A DNA stretch of 64,000 nucleotides from an uncultured Pelagibacteraceae bacterium (GCA_902620525.1 CACNIK010000006.1:13-64012); one strand, 5' to 3'. Shown: positions 50,014 through 59,613, numbered from the stretch's first letter. Program-made: numbers and translations. The notes: generated by a model not told the origin, from the sequence alone.

Positions 50014-50895
50014 TTGCTTACTAAAAATCAAATAGGCGTATTGTACATGGTGGCCAGCGTAATATGCTTTTCTATTATGGATATATGTGTTAAATGGTTA
50101 GATTATTACCCAGTAGGACAAGTTCTTTTCTTAAGATTCTTTATAGGATTTATTCCCATTTTTTTTATAATTCCAAAAGAAAAATTATTAAGTTTTTATA
50201 AAACTTCTAGACCAGGTCTTCATACATTTCGTGCTTTTACTGGTGCAGCAGCAATTATCTCATTATTTATCGGTTTAAGAGAATTACCTTTGGCTGATGT
50301 AGTATCTCTTACATTTGGAGGGCCAATATTTGTTACAGTCGCATCAATTTTCTTTTTATCTGAGAAAGTTGGAATTAAAAGATGGTCTGCAGTATTTTTA
50401 GGTTTTGTTGGAATGTTATTAATAGTACAACCAGCTTTTATAGATTTAAACTTTTACTACATTACACCAATAATATTTTGCATTTTTTTTGCTTGCGTAG
50501 CCATAAGCGTTAGATCCTTATCTAAAACTGAACCAAATTATAGAATTGCGTTTTATTTTACATTATTATGCTCGTTATTAGGTATTGCAACTATCTTTAA
50601 AGGAGATTGGGTTTTACCAACCAAAATAGATTTAGGAATTTTTATTGTAATGGGCTTGTGTGGAAGTGTTGCAAACTTATTGCTTACTCAAAGCTACAGA
50701 TTAGCAGAGGCATCATTAGTAACTCCAATAAAATATCTAAGTTTAGTTTTTGCAATTGTGTTTGGCTTCTTAATTTGGAGTGAAATACCAAAATTATTAA
50801 CTCTTTTTGGTGCATTACTAGTCATAACTAGCTCCCTTATAATCTTTATGAGAGAAAACAAACTAAAAAAACAAATTATAAATCCAAGACCATGA
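50014..50895 (+). CDS. EamA/DMT-family transporter
   Basis: 293 aa, TTG start in the ORF track; 10 TM segments in two EamA repeats. Confidence 0.8.
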   Translation: MLTKNQIGVLYMVASVICFSIMDICVKWLDYYPVGQVLFLRFFIGFIPIFFIIPKEKLLSFYKTSRPGLHTFRAFTGAAAIISLFIGLRELPLADVVSLTFGGPIFVTVASIFFLSEKVGIKRWSAVFLGFVGMLLIVQPAFIDLNFYYITPIIFCIFFACVAISVRSLSKTEPNYRIAFYFTLLCSLLGIATIFKGDWVLPTKIDLGIFIVMGLCGSVANLLLTQSYRLAEASLVTPIKYLSLVFAIVFGFLIWSEIPKLLTLFGALLVITSSLIIFMRENKLKKQIINPRP

Positions 50896-51518
50896 GTAAA
50901 GCACCGAGGTATTGGTCTAAAGCCAAAAAAATACTATCTAAAAAAGATAAAGTAATGGCTAGACTAATTTTAAATTATAAAGATGGATCACTGATAACGA
51001 GAAATGACGTATTTTTCTCATTATGTAAAAGTATAATTGGTCAACAAATAAGCGTTGTGGCAGCAAATTCTGTATTTTTAAAATTTAAAAAAAAATGTTA
51101 CGGAAAGGTAAAACCTGAAATTGTAAATAAATTATCCACAACGAGTCTTAAAAAATGTGGTTTGAGCAGACAAAAAGCTAAAGGAATTAAAGAACTTGCA
51201 AAAAAAACCTTAAATAAAGAATTTAATCCAAAGTTAATTAAAAATATGAGTGATGAGGAGGCCATAGAGTATTTATCTAGATTAAGACAAATAGGTAGGT
51301 GGTCAGCAGAAATGATATTATTATTTACATTTAATAGACCAAATATTTGGCCGCTGCAAGACATAGGATTGCTGAGAGCAATATCGAATAATTATAAAAA
51401 GAAATATTTTCCACCAAAAATTTTTTTAAAAAAACTTTATAAAAAATTTAGTCCTTATTGTTCCGTTGCTACCTGGTACCTTTGGAGATCAATAGATGAT
51501 GAACCAATACAGTATTAG
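50892..51518 (+). CDS. DNA-3-methyladenine glycosylase II (HhH-GPD family, AlkA-like)
   Basis: 208 aa; IIGQQISVVAANSV, helix-hairpin-helix LKKCGLSRQKAKGIKELA, IGRWSAEMILLF...WPLQDIGL with catalytic Asp. Confidence 0.78.
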   Translation: MSKAPRYWSKAKKILSKKDKVMARLILNYKDGSLITRNDVFFSLCKSIIGQQISVVAANSVFLKFKKKCYGKVKPEIVNKLSTTSLKKCGLSRQKAKGIKELAKKTLNKEFNPKLIKNMSDEEAIEYLSRLRQIGRWSAEMILLFTFNRPNIWPLQDIGLLRAISNNYKKKYFPPKIFLKKLYKKFSPYCSVATWYLWRSIDDEPIQY

Positions 51519-51802
51519 GCACCCTCTACCGTTTGGTGTTGCCTTATGGCATAGCCTTTTAAAATTGAGTGAGCTTCTTGATATTCTTTTGAATTGTAAA
51601 AAGAATTTGCTTCATTATAAGACGGAAATTCAATTACAACTGTCCTAGGTGATTTTTCACCCTCATTATTGATGGATTTCCCACCTCTTATTAAAAACTT
51701 ACCTTTATATTTTTCAACTGCTGCTTTAGCTTTAACAGCATATTCTTTCAGTTTTTCTTCGTTACTAATACTTTTATAAACACAAACTACATAACCTTTC
51801 AT
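51515..51802 (-). CDS. DUF1330 family protein
   Basis: 95 aa; ...KYKGKFLIRGG...VVIEFPSYNEANSFYNSKEYQEA pattern of DUF1330. Confidence 0.7.
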   Translation of the reverse strand: MKGYVVCVYKSISNEEKLKEYAVKAKAAVEKYKGKFLIRGGKSINNEGEKSPRTVVIEFPSYNEANSFYNSKEYQEAHSILKGYAIRQHQTVEGA

Positions 51803-51835
51803 TTACAACTCCTTTAAAATAAATTAATTTTTTTT

Positions 51836-52357
51836 ATGGCTAAGAAATTAATCATAGATTGGAAAGAGTATAATCGAATAGTAGAGAAGCTTGCAATACA
51901 GATTTATGATAGCGGTTTTAAACCCAATTTACTAATAGGAATAATGAGAGGTGGAGCACCAATAATTGATGTTCTAAGTAGAGTTTTTAAACTAAAATGT
52001 GCATATTTAGCTGTAGAGTCATACTCAGGAGAAAATATTGAAGATCAACAAGGAGAATTAATTTTTTCTAGGGAGCTAAGTTCTACAGTGCAAGATATGA
52101 GTGGCAACATTTTACTTTGTGATGATTTATCAGACACTGGAGTAACATTAAATAAAAGCATTGATTGGTTAAAAAAGTATCCTCCATTAAAAGGAAAAAT
52201 TAAATCAATTAAAACGGCAGTACTTTGGAAAAAAGCAGATTCAACTTTTGAGCCAGATTTTTGTGCTCAAAAACTTAAAGACAATCCTTGGATAGTACAG
52301 CCATTTGAAAAATATGAAGAAATAAGAATTGAAGATTTAAAGAAAAGTCAAAAGTAA
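51836..52357 (+). CDS. Type I phosphoribosyltransferase (purine PRTase candidate)
   Basis: 173 aa; PRPP-binding loop ILLCDDLSDTGVTL; convergent with a purine permease. Confidence 0.7.
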   Translation: MAKKLIIDWKEYNRIVEKLAIQIYDSGFKPNLLIGIMRGGAPIIDVLSRVFKLKCAYLAVESYSGENIEDQQGELIFSRELSSTVQDMSGNILLCDDLSDTGVTLNKSIDWLKKYPPLKGKIKSIKTAVLWKKADSTFEPDFCAQKLKDNPWIVQPFEKYEEIRIEDLKKSQK

Positions 52358-52380
52358 AAGGGCCGGTTTCCCAGCCCTTT
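52357..52380. terminator. GC-rich hairpin, probable bidirectional terminator between convergent genes
   Basis: AAAGGGCCGG-TTTC-CCAGCCCTTT (9 bp plus one C/A mismatch), flanked by A-run and T-run; it fills the 29-nt gap between the PRTase and permease stops. Confidence 0.65.
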
Positions 52381-52386
52381 AAAAAT

Positions 52387-53697
52387 TTAAGCAACAGCAA
52401 AACTTGCAACACTTAACGCAGCTATCAACCAAATAGCAGGAGAAGTAGTATTAAATTTCCCTGTAAAAATTTTAATTAATGCATATGCAATAAAGCTTAA
52501 AGCGATTCCGTGACTTATGGAATAAGTCAAAGGCATAGCAATAAAAGCCACAACCGCAGGCGCTGACTCAGCAATATCATTCCACTCTATATCTGTTAAG
52601 TTTCTTACAAACAAGACTGCAACGTATAACAAAGCGGCACCATCTATCTCTTTAGGTAAAGAAGTAGCTAAAGGAGAGAAGAACAAACATGCTAAGAATA
52701 ACACACCTATAACAAGTGAGGTCATTCCAGTTCTTCCACCAGCTTTTACACCAGCACCTGACTCCACATAGCTTGTGACGGTAGTTGTACCCATAAACGC
52801 TCCTGCAACTGTACCAACGCTGTCAGAAAGCATGGCTTTATTTATATCTTGCACCTTTCCATCTTTGCCGACTTTACCAGCGACATTTGCAACAGAAGTT
52901 AAGGTCCCAGCAGTATCAAAAAAGTCAATAAATAATAAAGTAAATATTATTGTTGACATTCCTGCTGTAAAAGCAGCACCTAAATCAAATGCAAAAAGAT
53001 AAGTCATTGGTGGTGGAGAGCTAACTACTCCATTAAATTTAGCAAGACCAGTTACCCAGGCTATAACACTGAAAACTAGTATTCCAATTATAATGTTTCC
53101 ACGTATTTTCATTTTTTCCATTACAACCATTGAAACAAATGCCAAACATCCAAGTAACACTAATGGATTTTTAATATCTCCCAAAGTTACTAATGTAACA
53201 GGGTGATCTCCCACTACTCCCATAATTTCCAGTCCTATAATTGCAAGAAATCCACCTATCCCAGCACCAATTCCTAACTTTAAACTTTTTGGGATAGAGT
53301 TGATTAACCAAGCTCTAATTGGGGTTAAAGAAATTAATAGGAACAATACCCCGGCGACTAATACCGCACCCAAAGCTTCTTGAGGTGTGTAACCCATTCC
53401 TGCTACAACACCGAAAGCAACAAATGCGTTTATTCCCATCCCTGGCGCTAAACCGATAGGCCAAGTTTTTCCGTAAAAAGCCATTATAAAACAAGCTATG
53501 GCAGTAGCTATTATCGTTGCAGTAAAGACAGCACCAAAATCAAAAAATCCTTTTTCTGGCCCTGCAAACTCTCCAGATAAAATGAAAGGATTCAAGAACA
53601 TTATGTAAGCCATTGTTAAAAATGTGGTAACACCAGCTATTACCTCTGTTCTAAAATTTGTTTTGTGTTTTTTATATTCAAAATATTTTTCAAGCAT
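52387..53697 (-). CDS. Adenine/guanine/hypoxanthine permease (NCS2/AzgA family)
   Basis: 436 aa; N-terminal FRTEVIAGVTTFLTMAYIMFLNPFIL signature and about 13 TM segments; AGGAGG 5 nt upstream of the ATG. Confidence 0.88.
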   Translation of the reverse strand: MLEKYFEYKKHKTNFRTEVIAGVTTFLTMAYIMFLNPFILSGEFAGPEKGFFDFGAVFTATIIATAIACFIMAFYGKTWPIGLAPGMGINAFVAFGVVAGMGYTPQEALGAVLVAGVLFLLISLTPIRAWLINSIPKSLKLGIGAGIGGFLAIIGLEIMGVVGDHPVTLVTLGDIKNPLVLLGCLAFVSMVVMEKMKIRGNIIIGILVFSVIAWVTGLAKFNGVVSSPPPMTYLFAFDLGAAFTAGMSTIIFTLLFIDFFDTAGTLTSVANVAGKVGKDGKVQDINKAMLSDSVGTVAGAFMGTTTVTSYVESGAGVKAGGRTGMTSLVIGVLFLACLFFSPLATSLPKEIDGAALLYVAVLFVRNLTDIEWNDIAESAPAVVAFIAMPLTYSISHGIALSFIAYALIKIFTGKFNTTSPAIWLIAALSVASFAVA

Positions 53698-53830
53698 AAA
53701 ACCTCCTAATAATTGTGCTTACAATGATTCTTTGGATAAATCTTTGAAAAAACTGCCGCTATAATAAATTACAACCTATAATAAATATTTCTGTTTATAA
53801 GATTCAGGTATATTCTACAGTTAGTTGAAA

Positions 53831-54130
53831 ATGAAATTTTTTTTTATATTTACTTTTTTAATAATCAGTCTTTCTTCGTGTCAAACAGTAACGCAAAAGA
53901 TTGATGAAAAAGTCTCTAAAGAAGAGGCTCAACTAAGCCAATGGTTAAATAGATCAGAAGAGGACTTAAAAATAGAATTTGGCAAACCCAATCAAATTAA
54001 ATTTAAAAATAATTCAAGAAATAGGTTTTATGTTTATACAAAAGAGAAGTTAAAGATAAAATGCGAAAGAATTTTTGAAATTAACCCTGTTAATAAAGTT
54101 GTAGGTTTTACTAGTAAAAACTGTTTTTAA
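53831..54130 (+). CDS. Small lipoprotein, unknown function
   Basis: ORF opens at a TTG at 53825, ATG at 53831; signal peptide with lipobox LSSC; no family recognised with confidence. Confidence 0.55.
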   Translation: MKFFFIFTFLIISLSSCQTVTQKIDEKVSKEEAQLSQWLNRSEEDLKIEFGKPNQIKFKNNSRNRFYVYTKEKLKIKCERIFEINPVNKVVGFTSKNCF

Positions 54131-54567
54131 TGACAGGCTAAATTAAATTTTTTAAGCCTCCAATAATTATAAGGCCATGGTGTCAAAAACCCTACTAGGA
54201 GCATTATAGGAATAACCCACCACACGAGTTTCGCCGAACCTACAATTAAATAATCTGTTAGGTTCATGGCTAATTCCATAGAAACCATACTGATAAGAGA
54301 CATTCCGCAGGCTGTTTTAAATGCATCTATCAACTTAAATTTTTGCCTAAATAAAATTATAGTCTCAAGAATAATAGAAGTTATTATTCCATTAATTATA
54401 GCAATTAGCATTACTAAAAATACTGACAGAGAGTGAGGAGTTATTTGGAAATAGTAAATAGTTCCAAAATCACCTATAGAGCAACCAATCAGACACCATA
54501 AAGTATTATATGCGCTTTTGGACCAAGTAGTTTTACAAAACCAATCAAATTTTTTTGTTATTTCCAT
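54127..54567 (-). CDS. DUF4396-like integral membrane protein
   Basis: 146 aa; NTLWCLIGCSIGDFG resembles the DUF4396 HCxxGCxxGE motif; four TM segments. Confidence 0.6.
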   Translation of the reverse strand: MEITKKFDWFCKTTWSKSAYNTLWCLIGCSIGDFGTIYYFQITPHSLSVFLVMLIAIINGIITSIILETIILFRQKFKLIDAFKTACGMSLISMVSMELAMNLTDYLIVGSAKLVWWVIPIMLLVGFLTPWPYNYWRLKKFNLACH

Positions 54568-54576
54568 AATTAAAGT

Positions 54577-54604
54577 TTACTTGCGGAGTAATCTCCGCAA
54601 GTAA
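54577..54604 (-). terminator. Strong hairpin between hsp20 and the DUF4396 gene (terminator or mRNA-stabilising element)
   Basis: TTACTTGCGGAG-TAAT-CTCCGCAAGTAA, a perfect 12-bp stem. The downstream U-tract on the minus strand is weak (ACUUUAAUUAU). Confidence 0.5.
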
Positions 54605-54611
54605 GGTAAAC

Positions 54612-55052
54612 TTATTTTATTTCAATAAGTCTTTTTTTCTTAATTTCTGGTATGATTTTTTCACAAGAAATAGTCAGCAAACCATCTTTTAGCTCAGCAC
54701 CATTTACTTTCACATCATCTGCAATTGTAAATGATCTAGCAAAAGATCTCTGTGATATTCCTCGATGAATAACTTCATCACCTTCTTTTTCTTCAGTTCT
54801 TTTAACGTCTTTTGTCTTTATGGTTAAAAGATTATCTTCATATTCAACTTCAACATCATTTTTGTTAAAGCCAGCAACTGCTACTTCAATAGCATATTTA
54901 TCTTTGCCTGCTTTTCGGATGTTATATGGCGGGTAATTGCTTTGCACTACACTGCCATTCCCTAACATAGACTCGAATTGATCAAACATATCATCAAAGC
55001 CCACGCTAAAAGGTCTAAGTGAATTAAAGATCGAAAGATCCTTACTTGTCAT
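54612..55052 (-). CDS. ibpA: Small heat-shock protein (Hsp20/IbpA family)
   Basis: ORF opens at 55097; ATG 55052 (MTSKDLSIFNSL...) is preceded by AAAGGAGGA (55064-55056); alpha-crystallin domain with PPYNI, AVAGF, GLLTI motifs. Confidence 0.9.
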   Translation of the reverse strand: MTSKDLSIFNSLRPFSVGFDDMFDQFESMLGNGSVVQSNYPPYNIRKAGKDKYAIEVAVAGFNKNDVEVEYEDNLLTIKTKDVKRTEEKEGDEVIHRGISQRSFARSFTIADDVKVNGAELKDGLLTISCEKIIPEIKKKRLIEIK

Positions 55053-55109
55053 ATATCCTCCTTTGTTAGCAAGGTTAATGTTGATCCCATTTGGCAATCA
55101 ACAATACTT

Positions 55110-55137
55110 ATATGGTAATTTTTTTTTTATTTTCAAG
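55110..55137 (-). promoter_or_regulatory. Sigma32 (RpoH)-type heat-shock promoter for hsp20
   Basis: Minus strand reads CTTGAA(A)-N14-TACCATAT versus E. coli-type CTTGAA-N13-15-CCCCATNT. The -35 overlaps the ptrB TGA stop (55133-55135). The -10 lies about 58 nt upstream of the hsp20 ATG. Confidence 0.55.
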
Positions 55138-57223
55138 ATGACATTAAAATTTTGGCGTTCTTTAAAATAAAACTGTATTCTTCAGCAAGTTCTTTTATGG
55201 CGTTGTCCCTACCACTCATACCTCCATGCCCAGCTGCTTCCATTTTACACTTTAATAATTGTTCGTTGTCATCATCTTTTACATCTCTTAACTTAGCAAT
55301 ATATTTTACTGGTTCAGAATATAAAACTCTATTGTCAAATATTGATGACGTGATTAACATTGGTGGGTATTTTTTTTTGCTCAAATTATTATATGGAGAA
55401 TAAGATAGTATGTAATCAAAGTACTCTTTACTTTTAATTGGATTTCCCCAAAGCTCCCACTCAGCTGGTGTAAGTGGAAGTTTTTCATTTAACATTGTTG
55501 TCATTGTATCTACAAAAGGCACTAGAAGTAACATTGCAAAAAATAATTCTGGAGCCATATTAGCTACACATCCTCCTGTAAGTCCTCCAGCACTACCTCC
55601 GTAAAAACATAATCCACCTTTATGTGTATACCTTTGCTCAATCAAGTGATTTGCACATGCGATATAATCGTGAAAGGTATTTTTCTTAAGTTTCTTTTTC
55701 CCTTCTGTGTGCCAATTATCTCCTAAATCTCCCCCACCTCTTATATGTGCGATTGCGAATGTAATACCTCTATCAATTAAGCAAAATCTTGAGGCACTAA
55801 ATGATGGAGATACACTATGCTTGTAGGCTCCGTAAGCATATAACAATATTTTTGACGATCCGTCTTGTTTTGAACTTTTAAGTCTGACTAAACTTATAGG
55901 TATCATACGTCCATCATGAGATTTAGCTTTTATTCTTTCAACAACATATTTATTTGGATCATGACCAGATGGAATTTCAACTTCTTTAACTAGTTTTTTT
56001 TCTTTTGTTTTAATATCGTATTCAAATATTTTACCTGGTGTAGCCATACTTTCCCAACTAATTCTAATTTTAGAGGTATTAGTATCCTTTTGTATTAAAC
56101 TGGCTCCAGGAACACCAATTGGTTCGTTAGAGATTTTTATTTCCTCCTCTTCATTAGTATTAATATTTCTCACATATAACTTTGGTATTGCATCAGATTT
56201 TTCAGCTCTAATTATATAATCATCTAAAAAATCCAAACCACCAATAACTGTCTCTTTTTTTGGCGGTATAAATTCCTCCAAATTTTCAATATCGTTTTTT
56301 TTACACCTTAAAATTTTGTAGTCTCTTGCATCTTCATTGGTATGAACATAGAAATAATCCTTCCAGGCGTCTAAAGAATAACGCACGTCTTTTTTTCTTT
56401 TTCTAAATAATTTTGGTTTAATGTCTTCACTAATCGACTCAAAGAAATACTCCTCAGTAGTAATATGATCTGAAGTAGAAATTATGAAATATTTTTCATC
56501 TGATGTTAAACCAATATTGCATGTAAAAGTCTCATCTTCTTCTTCAAAAATTAGCTCATCATTTTTAACAGGTTTACCTAAAAAATGTTTATAAATTTTT
56601 CTTGGTCTATGAAATTTATCTAGTTTGGAATAAAAAAAACTTTTACTATCTAGTGACCAAGTAATACTTCCGCTAGTATTTTCAATTTGATCAGGTAAAT
56701 TTTTATTATTAGTTAAATCTCTTAAATAAATTGTGTAATACTCAGATCCTTTTAAATCTAGAGAATATGCCATACAGTCATCATTATGGGAAACACTAAC
56801 ACTACCTAGACCAAAATATTCGGATCCAGACTTTTTCTTTTCTAAGTCCCCATCAAAATAAATTTCCTCTGGTTTTGATTTATCAATTAATTGTCTTAAT
56901 CGCTTGCCATAATTCCCTTTCGCTTCGGTTTTACTCCAATAAAAGTATTTTTTATCTTTGAATTTTAAAGATGTATCATCAAGTTTTATTTTTGATTTAA
57001 TTTCATTAAAAAGTTTTTTTTGCAGATCTTTAACATCTTCAAAATAATTTTCAGTTAATAAGTTATTTTCTTGAATGTACTTTTTAACATCAGGATTTAA
57101 CTTATTTGGATTTTTTAAAACATCTAAAATATCAGGCTGATCCACCCAAGAATAATCATCCTTTAAAGTAGTATTGTGATACTTTTTCTCGCTCTTTATT
57201 TTTTTTAATTCTGGTATAATCAT
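55133..57223 (-). CDS. ptrB: Oligopeptidase B (S9A prolyl oligopeptidase family)
   Basis: 696 aa; beta-propeller N-domain plus alpha/beta hydrolase domain with nucleophile elbow GGSAGG and C-terminal AGHGG. Confidence 0.92.
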   Translation of the reverse strand: MIIPELKKIKSEKKYHNTTLKDDYSWVDQPDILDVLKNPNKLNPDVKKYIQENNLLTENYFEDVKDLQKKLFNEIKSKIKLDDTSLKFKDKKYFYWSKTEAKGNYGKRLRQLIDKSKPEEIYFDGDLEKKKSGSEYFGLGSVSVSHNDDCMAYSLDLKGSEYYTIYLRDLTNNKNLPDQIENTSGSITWSLDSKSFFYSKLDKFHRPRKIYKHFLGKPVKNDELIFEEEDETFTCNIGLTSDEKYFIISTSDHITTEEYFFESISEDIKPKLFRKRKKDVRYSLDAWKDYFYVHTNEDARDYKILRCKKNDIENLEEFIPPKKETVIGGLDFLDDYIIRAEKSDAIPKLYVRNINTNEEEEIKISNEPIGVPGASLIQKDTNTSKIRISWESMATPGKIFEYDIKTKEKKLVKEVEIPSGHDPNKYVVERIKAKSHDGRMIPISLVRLKSSKQDGSSKILLYAYGAYKHSVSPSFSASRFCLIDRGITFAIAHIRGGGDLGDNWHTEGKKKLKKNTFHDYIACANHLIEQRYTHKGGLCFYGGSAGGLTGGCVANMAPELFFAMLLLVPFVDTMTTMLNEKLPLTPAEWELWGNPIKSKEYFDYILSYSPYNNLSKKKYPPMLITSSIFDNRVLYSEPVKYIAKLRDVKDDDNEQLLKCKMEAAGHGGMSGRDNAIKELAEEYSFILKNAKILMSS

Positions 57224-57237
57224 TTTAAAAGAATTAT

Positions 57238-57738
57238 ATGAATTGGTTTTTAATTGGAATTATCATATTTGTCATTGTTTATTTATTTTTAAATTGGTTT
57301 GCCAAAACTAGTACTAAAAAAATAGCACAATTTTTAAAAAGATTAGCAATAGTAATATCTATCTTTTTAGCAGCAATTTTAGCAATAGGAGGCAAATATA
57401 TATTTTCACTCCCCTTTTTATTAATTCTTCTCAGTGGTTTAAAAATAAAAGGTTTTACTGCTTTACAATTATTTCAATTATGGAGACTAATACAAGTATT
57501 GAGAAGCTCAGGGAGATTTGGCAATAAAAGTTCACAGGCAACCACAAGTATATCTACTGAAGAAAGCTACAAAATTTTAGGTTTAAAAAAAGGATGTTCT
57601 AAAGAAGATGTTTTAAAAACAGCGGCAAAATTACAAAAAAAAATACATCCGGATATGAACCGTGACGTGAATTCAGAACGACTTAGTCAATTAGTAAATG
57701 AAGCAAAAGAAAAAATTTTAAAATCTGACTTTAATTAG
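57238..57738 (+). CDS. Membrane-anchored J-domain protein (DjlA/Pam18-Tim14-like)
   Basis: 166 aa; three N-terminal TM segments, C-terminal J domain SYKILGL...KIHPD...LVNEAKEKIL with HPD tripeptide. Confidence 0.75.
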   Translation: MNWFLIGIIIFVIVYLFLNWFAKTSTKKIAQFLKRLAIVISIFLAAILAIGGKYIFSLPFLLILLSGLKIKGFTALQLFQLWRLIQVLRSSGRFGNKSSQATTSISTEESYKILGLKKGCSKEDVLKTAAKLQKKIHPDMNRDVNSERLSQLVNEAKEKILKSDFN

Positions 57739-58679
57739 TCCAAATATTTTTTTGCAGTTTTGAAGACTTCCTCTAAAGAAATGTTATCTTTTCCAAGAGT
57801 ATCGTGTGTTGTACTTTTAATTGTTTCACCTTTAGGAACAATCGGAACTATATTTCTTGAATAACTGCTGTAAGAATAAGCCGGAGAGTCCATAAAAATT
57901 CCAATTGATTTTATTCCTAACGAAGCGCTCATATGCATGAATCCAGTATCGTTTCCTATGTATAAATTACAATTTTTAATTATAGGAAGAATATTTGAAA
58001 TCGATAATTTTTCCATTGTAATACAGTAAGAGCTAATATTTGAAAATTTTATTTTATCAACAATTTCTAAATCATTTTTACCAGCAGCAATAAAAAACTT
58101 ACATTTTTTAAGTTGATTTAATTGCGATGCTAATTCTATATAATTTTCAATATCCCATCTTTTTGTTGGGCCAGAAGCAGAAACACCTAAAATAATATTT
58201 TTGGTTTGATCATTTATATTATAAGTGTCTTTCGCTTTTATTATTTCTTCATTTTTTAAAAATAGATTTGGCTCTGTAGAAAGAATTTTACCAACTTGTG
58301 TTTCAGTAAAAACTTTTGCTGTTTGATATATTATATCTTTAGAAGTAAAAAGTGGGTATTGATATATATTTTTTATTCCCGCAATTATAGATAAAAATCT
58401 ATACCTTATAGAGCCATTAAATATATATACTTTGTCAAATTTTCTTTTTTTTATTTCTTTAGATAATTTTAAAAATCCTGAAATTCTATCATTAGATGTA
58501 TCTAAATTTATTATCTCATCAAGAAAATTTTCATCTTTAAATAACTCTGATGATCTAGATGTTTTTTTGGCTAACAGAGAAATTTTAACATTATTTTTTT
58601 CGGATATAGCCTTTAGGTAAGGTAAAAATATAAGCATATCCCCTATCCCATATCTTTGCTGTATAACAAGAACTTTCAT
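57735..58679 (-). CDS. Glycosyltransferase family 9 (LPS heptosyltransferase-like)
   Basis: 314 aa; N-terminal RYGIGDMLIFLP and C-terminal GNDTGFMHMSASLG motifs typical of GT9. Confidence 0.8.
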   Translation of the reverse strand: MKVLVIQQRYGIGDMLIFLPYLKAISEKNNVKISLLAKKTSRSSELFKDENFLDEIINLDTSNDRISGFLKLSKEIKKRKFDKVYIFNGSIRYRFLSIIAGIKNIYQYPLFTSKDIIYQTAKVFTETQVGKILSTEPNLFLKNEEIIKAKDTYNINDQTKNIILGVSASGPTKRWDIENYIELASQLNQLKKCKFFIAAGKNDLEIVDKIKFSNISSYCITMEKLSISNILPIIKNCNLYIGNDTGFMHMSASLGIKSIGIFMDSPAYSYSSYSRNIVPIVPKGETIKSTTHDTLGKDNISLEEVFKTAKKYLD

Positions 58680-58726
58680 TTTGAAATATATTATTATAAC
58701 TTAGACATATAAATTTAGGTAAGATT

Positions 58727-59611
58727 ATGATGAAAAAAGGTGTTTATGCAGCCACTCTAAGTGTTATAGAGGAAAATGGTTCATTAAATATTGAGGAAAC
58801 AATTTCTCATGCAGAAAATATTATAAAGGACGGTTTGCATGGTGTTTTCTTTTTTGGTTCTACAGGACAAAGCCAATTAATTTCAATGGCGGAAAAAAAG
58901 GAACTAGTTTCAAAGCTTCCATTAAGCAAATTTAAAAAAAATTTTCACTTAGGAACCGGTTGTAATTCTGTAAAGGAAACTATTGAGTTTATTAAGTACT
59001 CATTAGAATATGATTTTCAAAATTTTCTTATAATGCCTCCAGCTTACTATAAGGGCAATACTGAAGCTGGGGTTTTTGAATTTTATTCCAAAATAATTAA
59101 AGAAACTCCTAAGGCGAAAATTATTCTTTATAATTTTGAAAAGTTGAGCGGTTTTAAATTTGAAGAAAACTTTGTTAAAAAACTAGTTGAGGCATTCCCT
59201 AAAAATATTATTGGTTGTAAAGACTCCACTTATAACTTGTACGAAAATCTTAAGATAAAAGATTTTTTAATTTTTCCAGGAGATGAATCGAAGCTACTCA
59301 AAGGTTTGCAAATCGGGTGTTCTGGATGTATTTCTGCTATTGCTAATGTTACGCACAAGTTAGCAAGGGAAGTTTTCGATAACTATGAAAACAATATGCC
59401 TCAACTTAATAATAAAAAATTAATTATGGTAAGACAAGTTTTTGATAATTATAATTTAATTTCAAGCTTACATAGTTATATGTCCACCCAAAATCCAAAA
59501 TTTAAAAATTTATTACCGCCTTTGAGATTATTAAATTCCAAAGAAAGTAAAGAATTACTTAAAAAACTTGAAAATTTAAAGTTTAGTTTTAAAAAAAATA
59601 TCGCGGCATAA
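58727..59611 (+). CDS. DapA/NAL-family class I aldolase (dihydrodipicolinate synthase-like)
   Basis: 294 aa; GSTGQSQLIS, PPAYYK, Schiff-base Lys in IIGCKDST; specific substrate not assignable. Confidence 0.78.
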   Translation: MMKKGVYAATLSVIEENGSLNIEETISHAENIIKDGLHGVFFFGSTGQSQLISMAEKKELVSKLPLSKFKKNFHLGTGCNSVKETIEFIKYSLEYDFQNFLIMPPAYYKGNTEAGVFEFYSKIIKETPKAKIILYNFEKLSGFKFEENFVKKLVEAFPKNIIGCKDSTYNLYENLKIKDFLIFPGDESKLLKGLQIGCSGCISAIANVTHKLAREVFDNYENNMPQLNNKKLIMVRQVFDNYNLISSLHSYMSTQNPKFKNLLPPLRLLNSKESKELLKKLENLKFSFKKNIAA

Positions 59612-59613
59612 AT

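Noticed and set aside
53698-53824. Possible purine riboswitch in the 127-nt leader of the purine permease
   Set aside because: I reverse-complemented the region and looked for the purine-riboswitch core (UAUAAUC...GGAUAUGGC...GUUUCUACC...CCGUAAA...ACUA). None of the conserved junction segments is present. Only a strong AGGAGG ribosome-binding site stands out.
55053-55103. ROSE- or fourU-type RNA thermometer in the hsp20 leader
   Set aside because: The only pairing that covers the AAAGGAGGA site is a 4-bp CCUU/AAGG hairpin with a 7-nt loop, or a 5-bp pairing with downstream UCUUU. Both are too weak, and neither resembles the ROSE consensus. An RNA-folding calculation would be needed to revive the idea.
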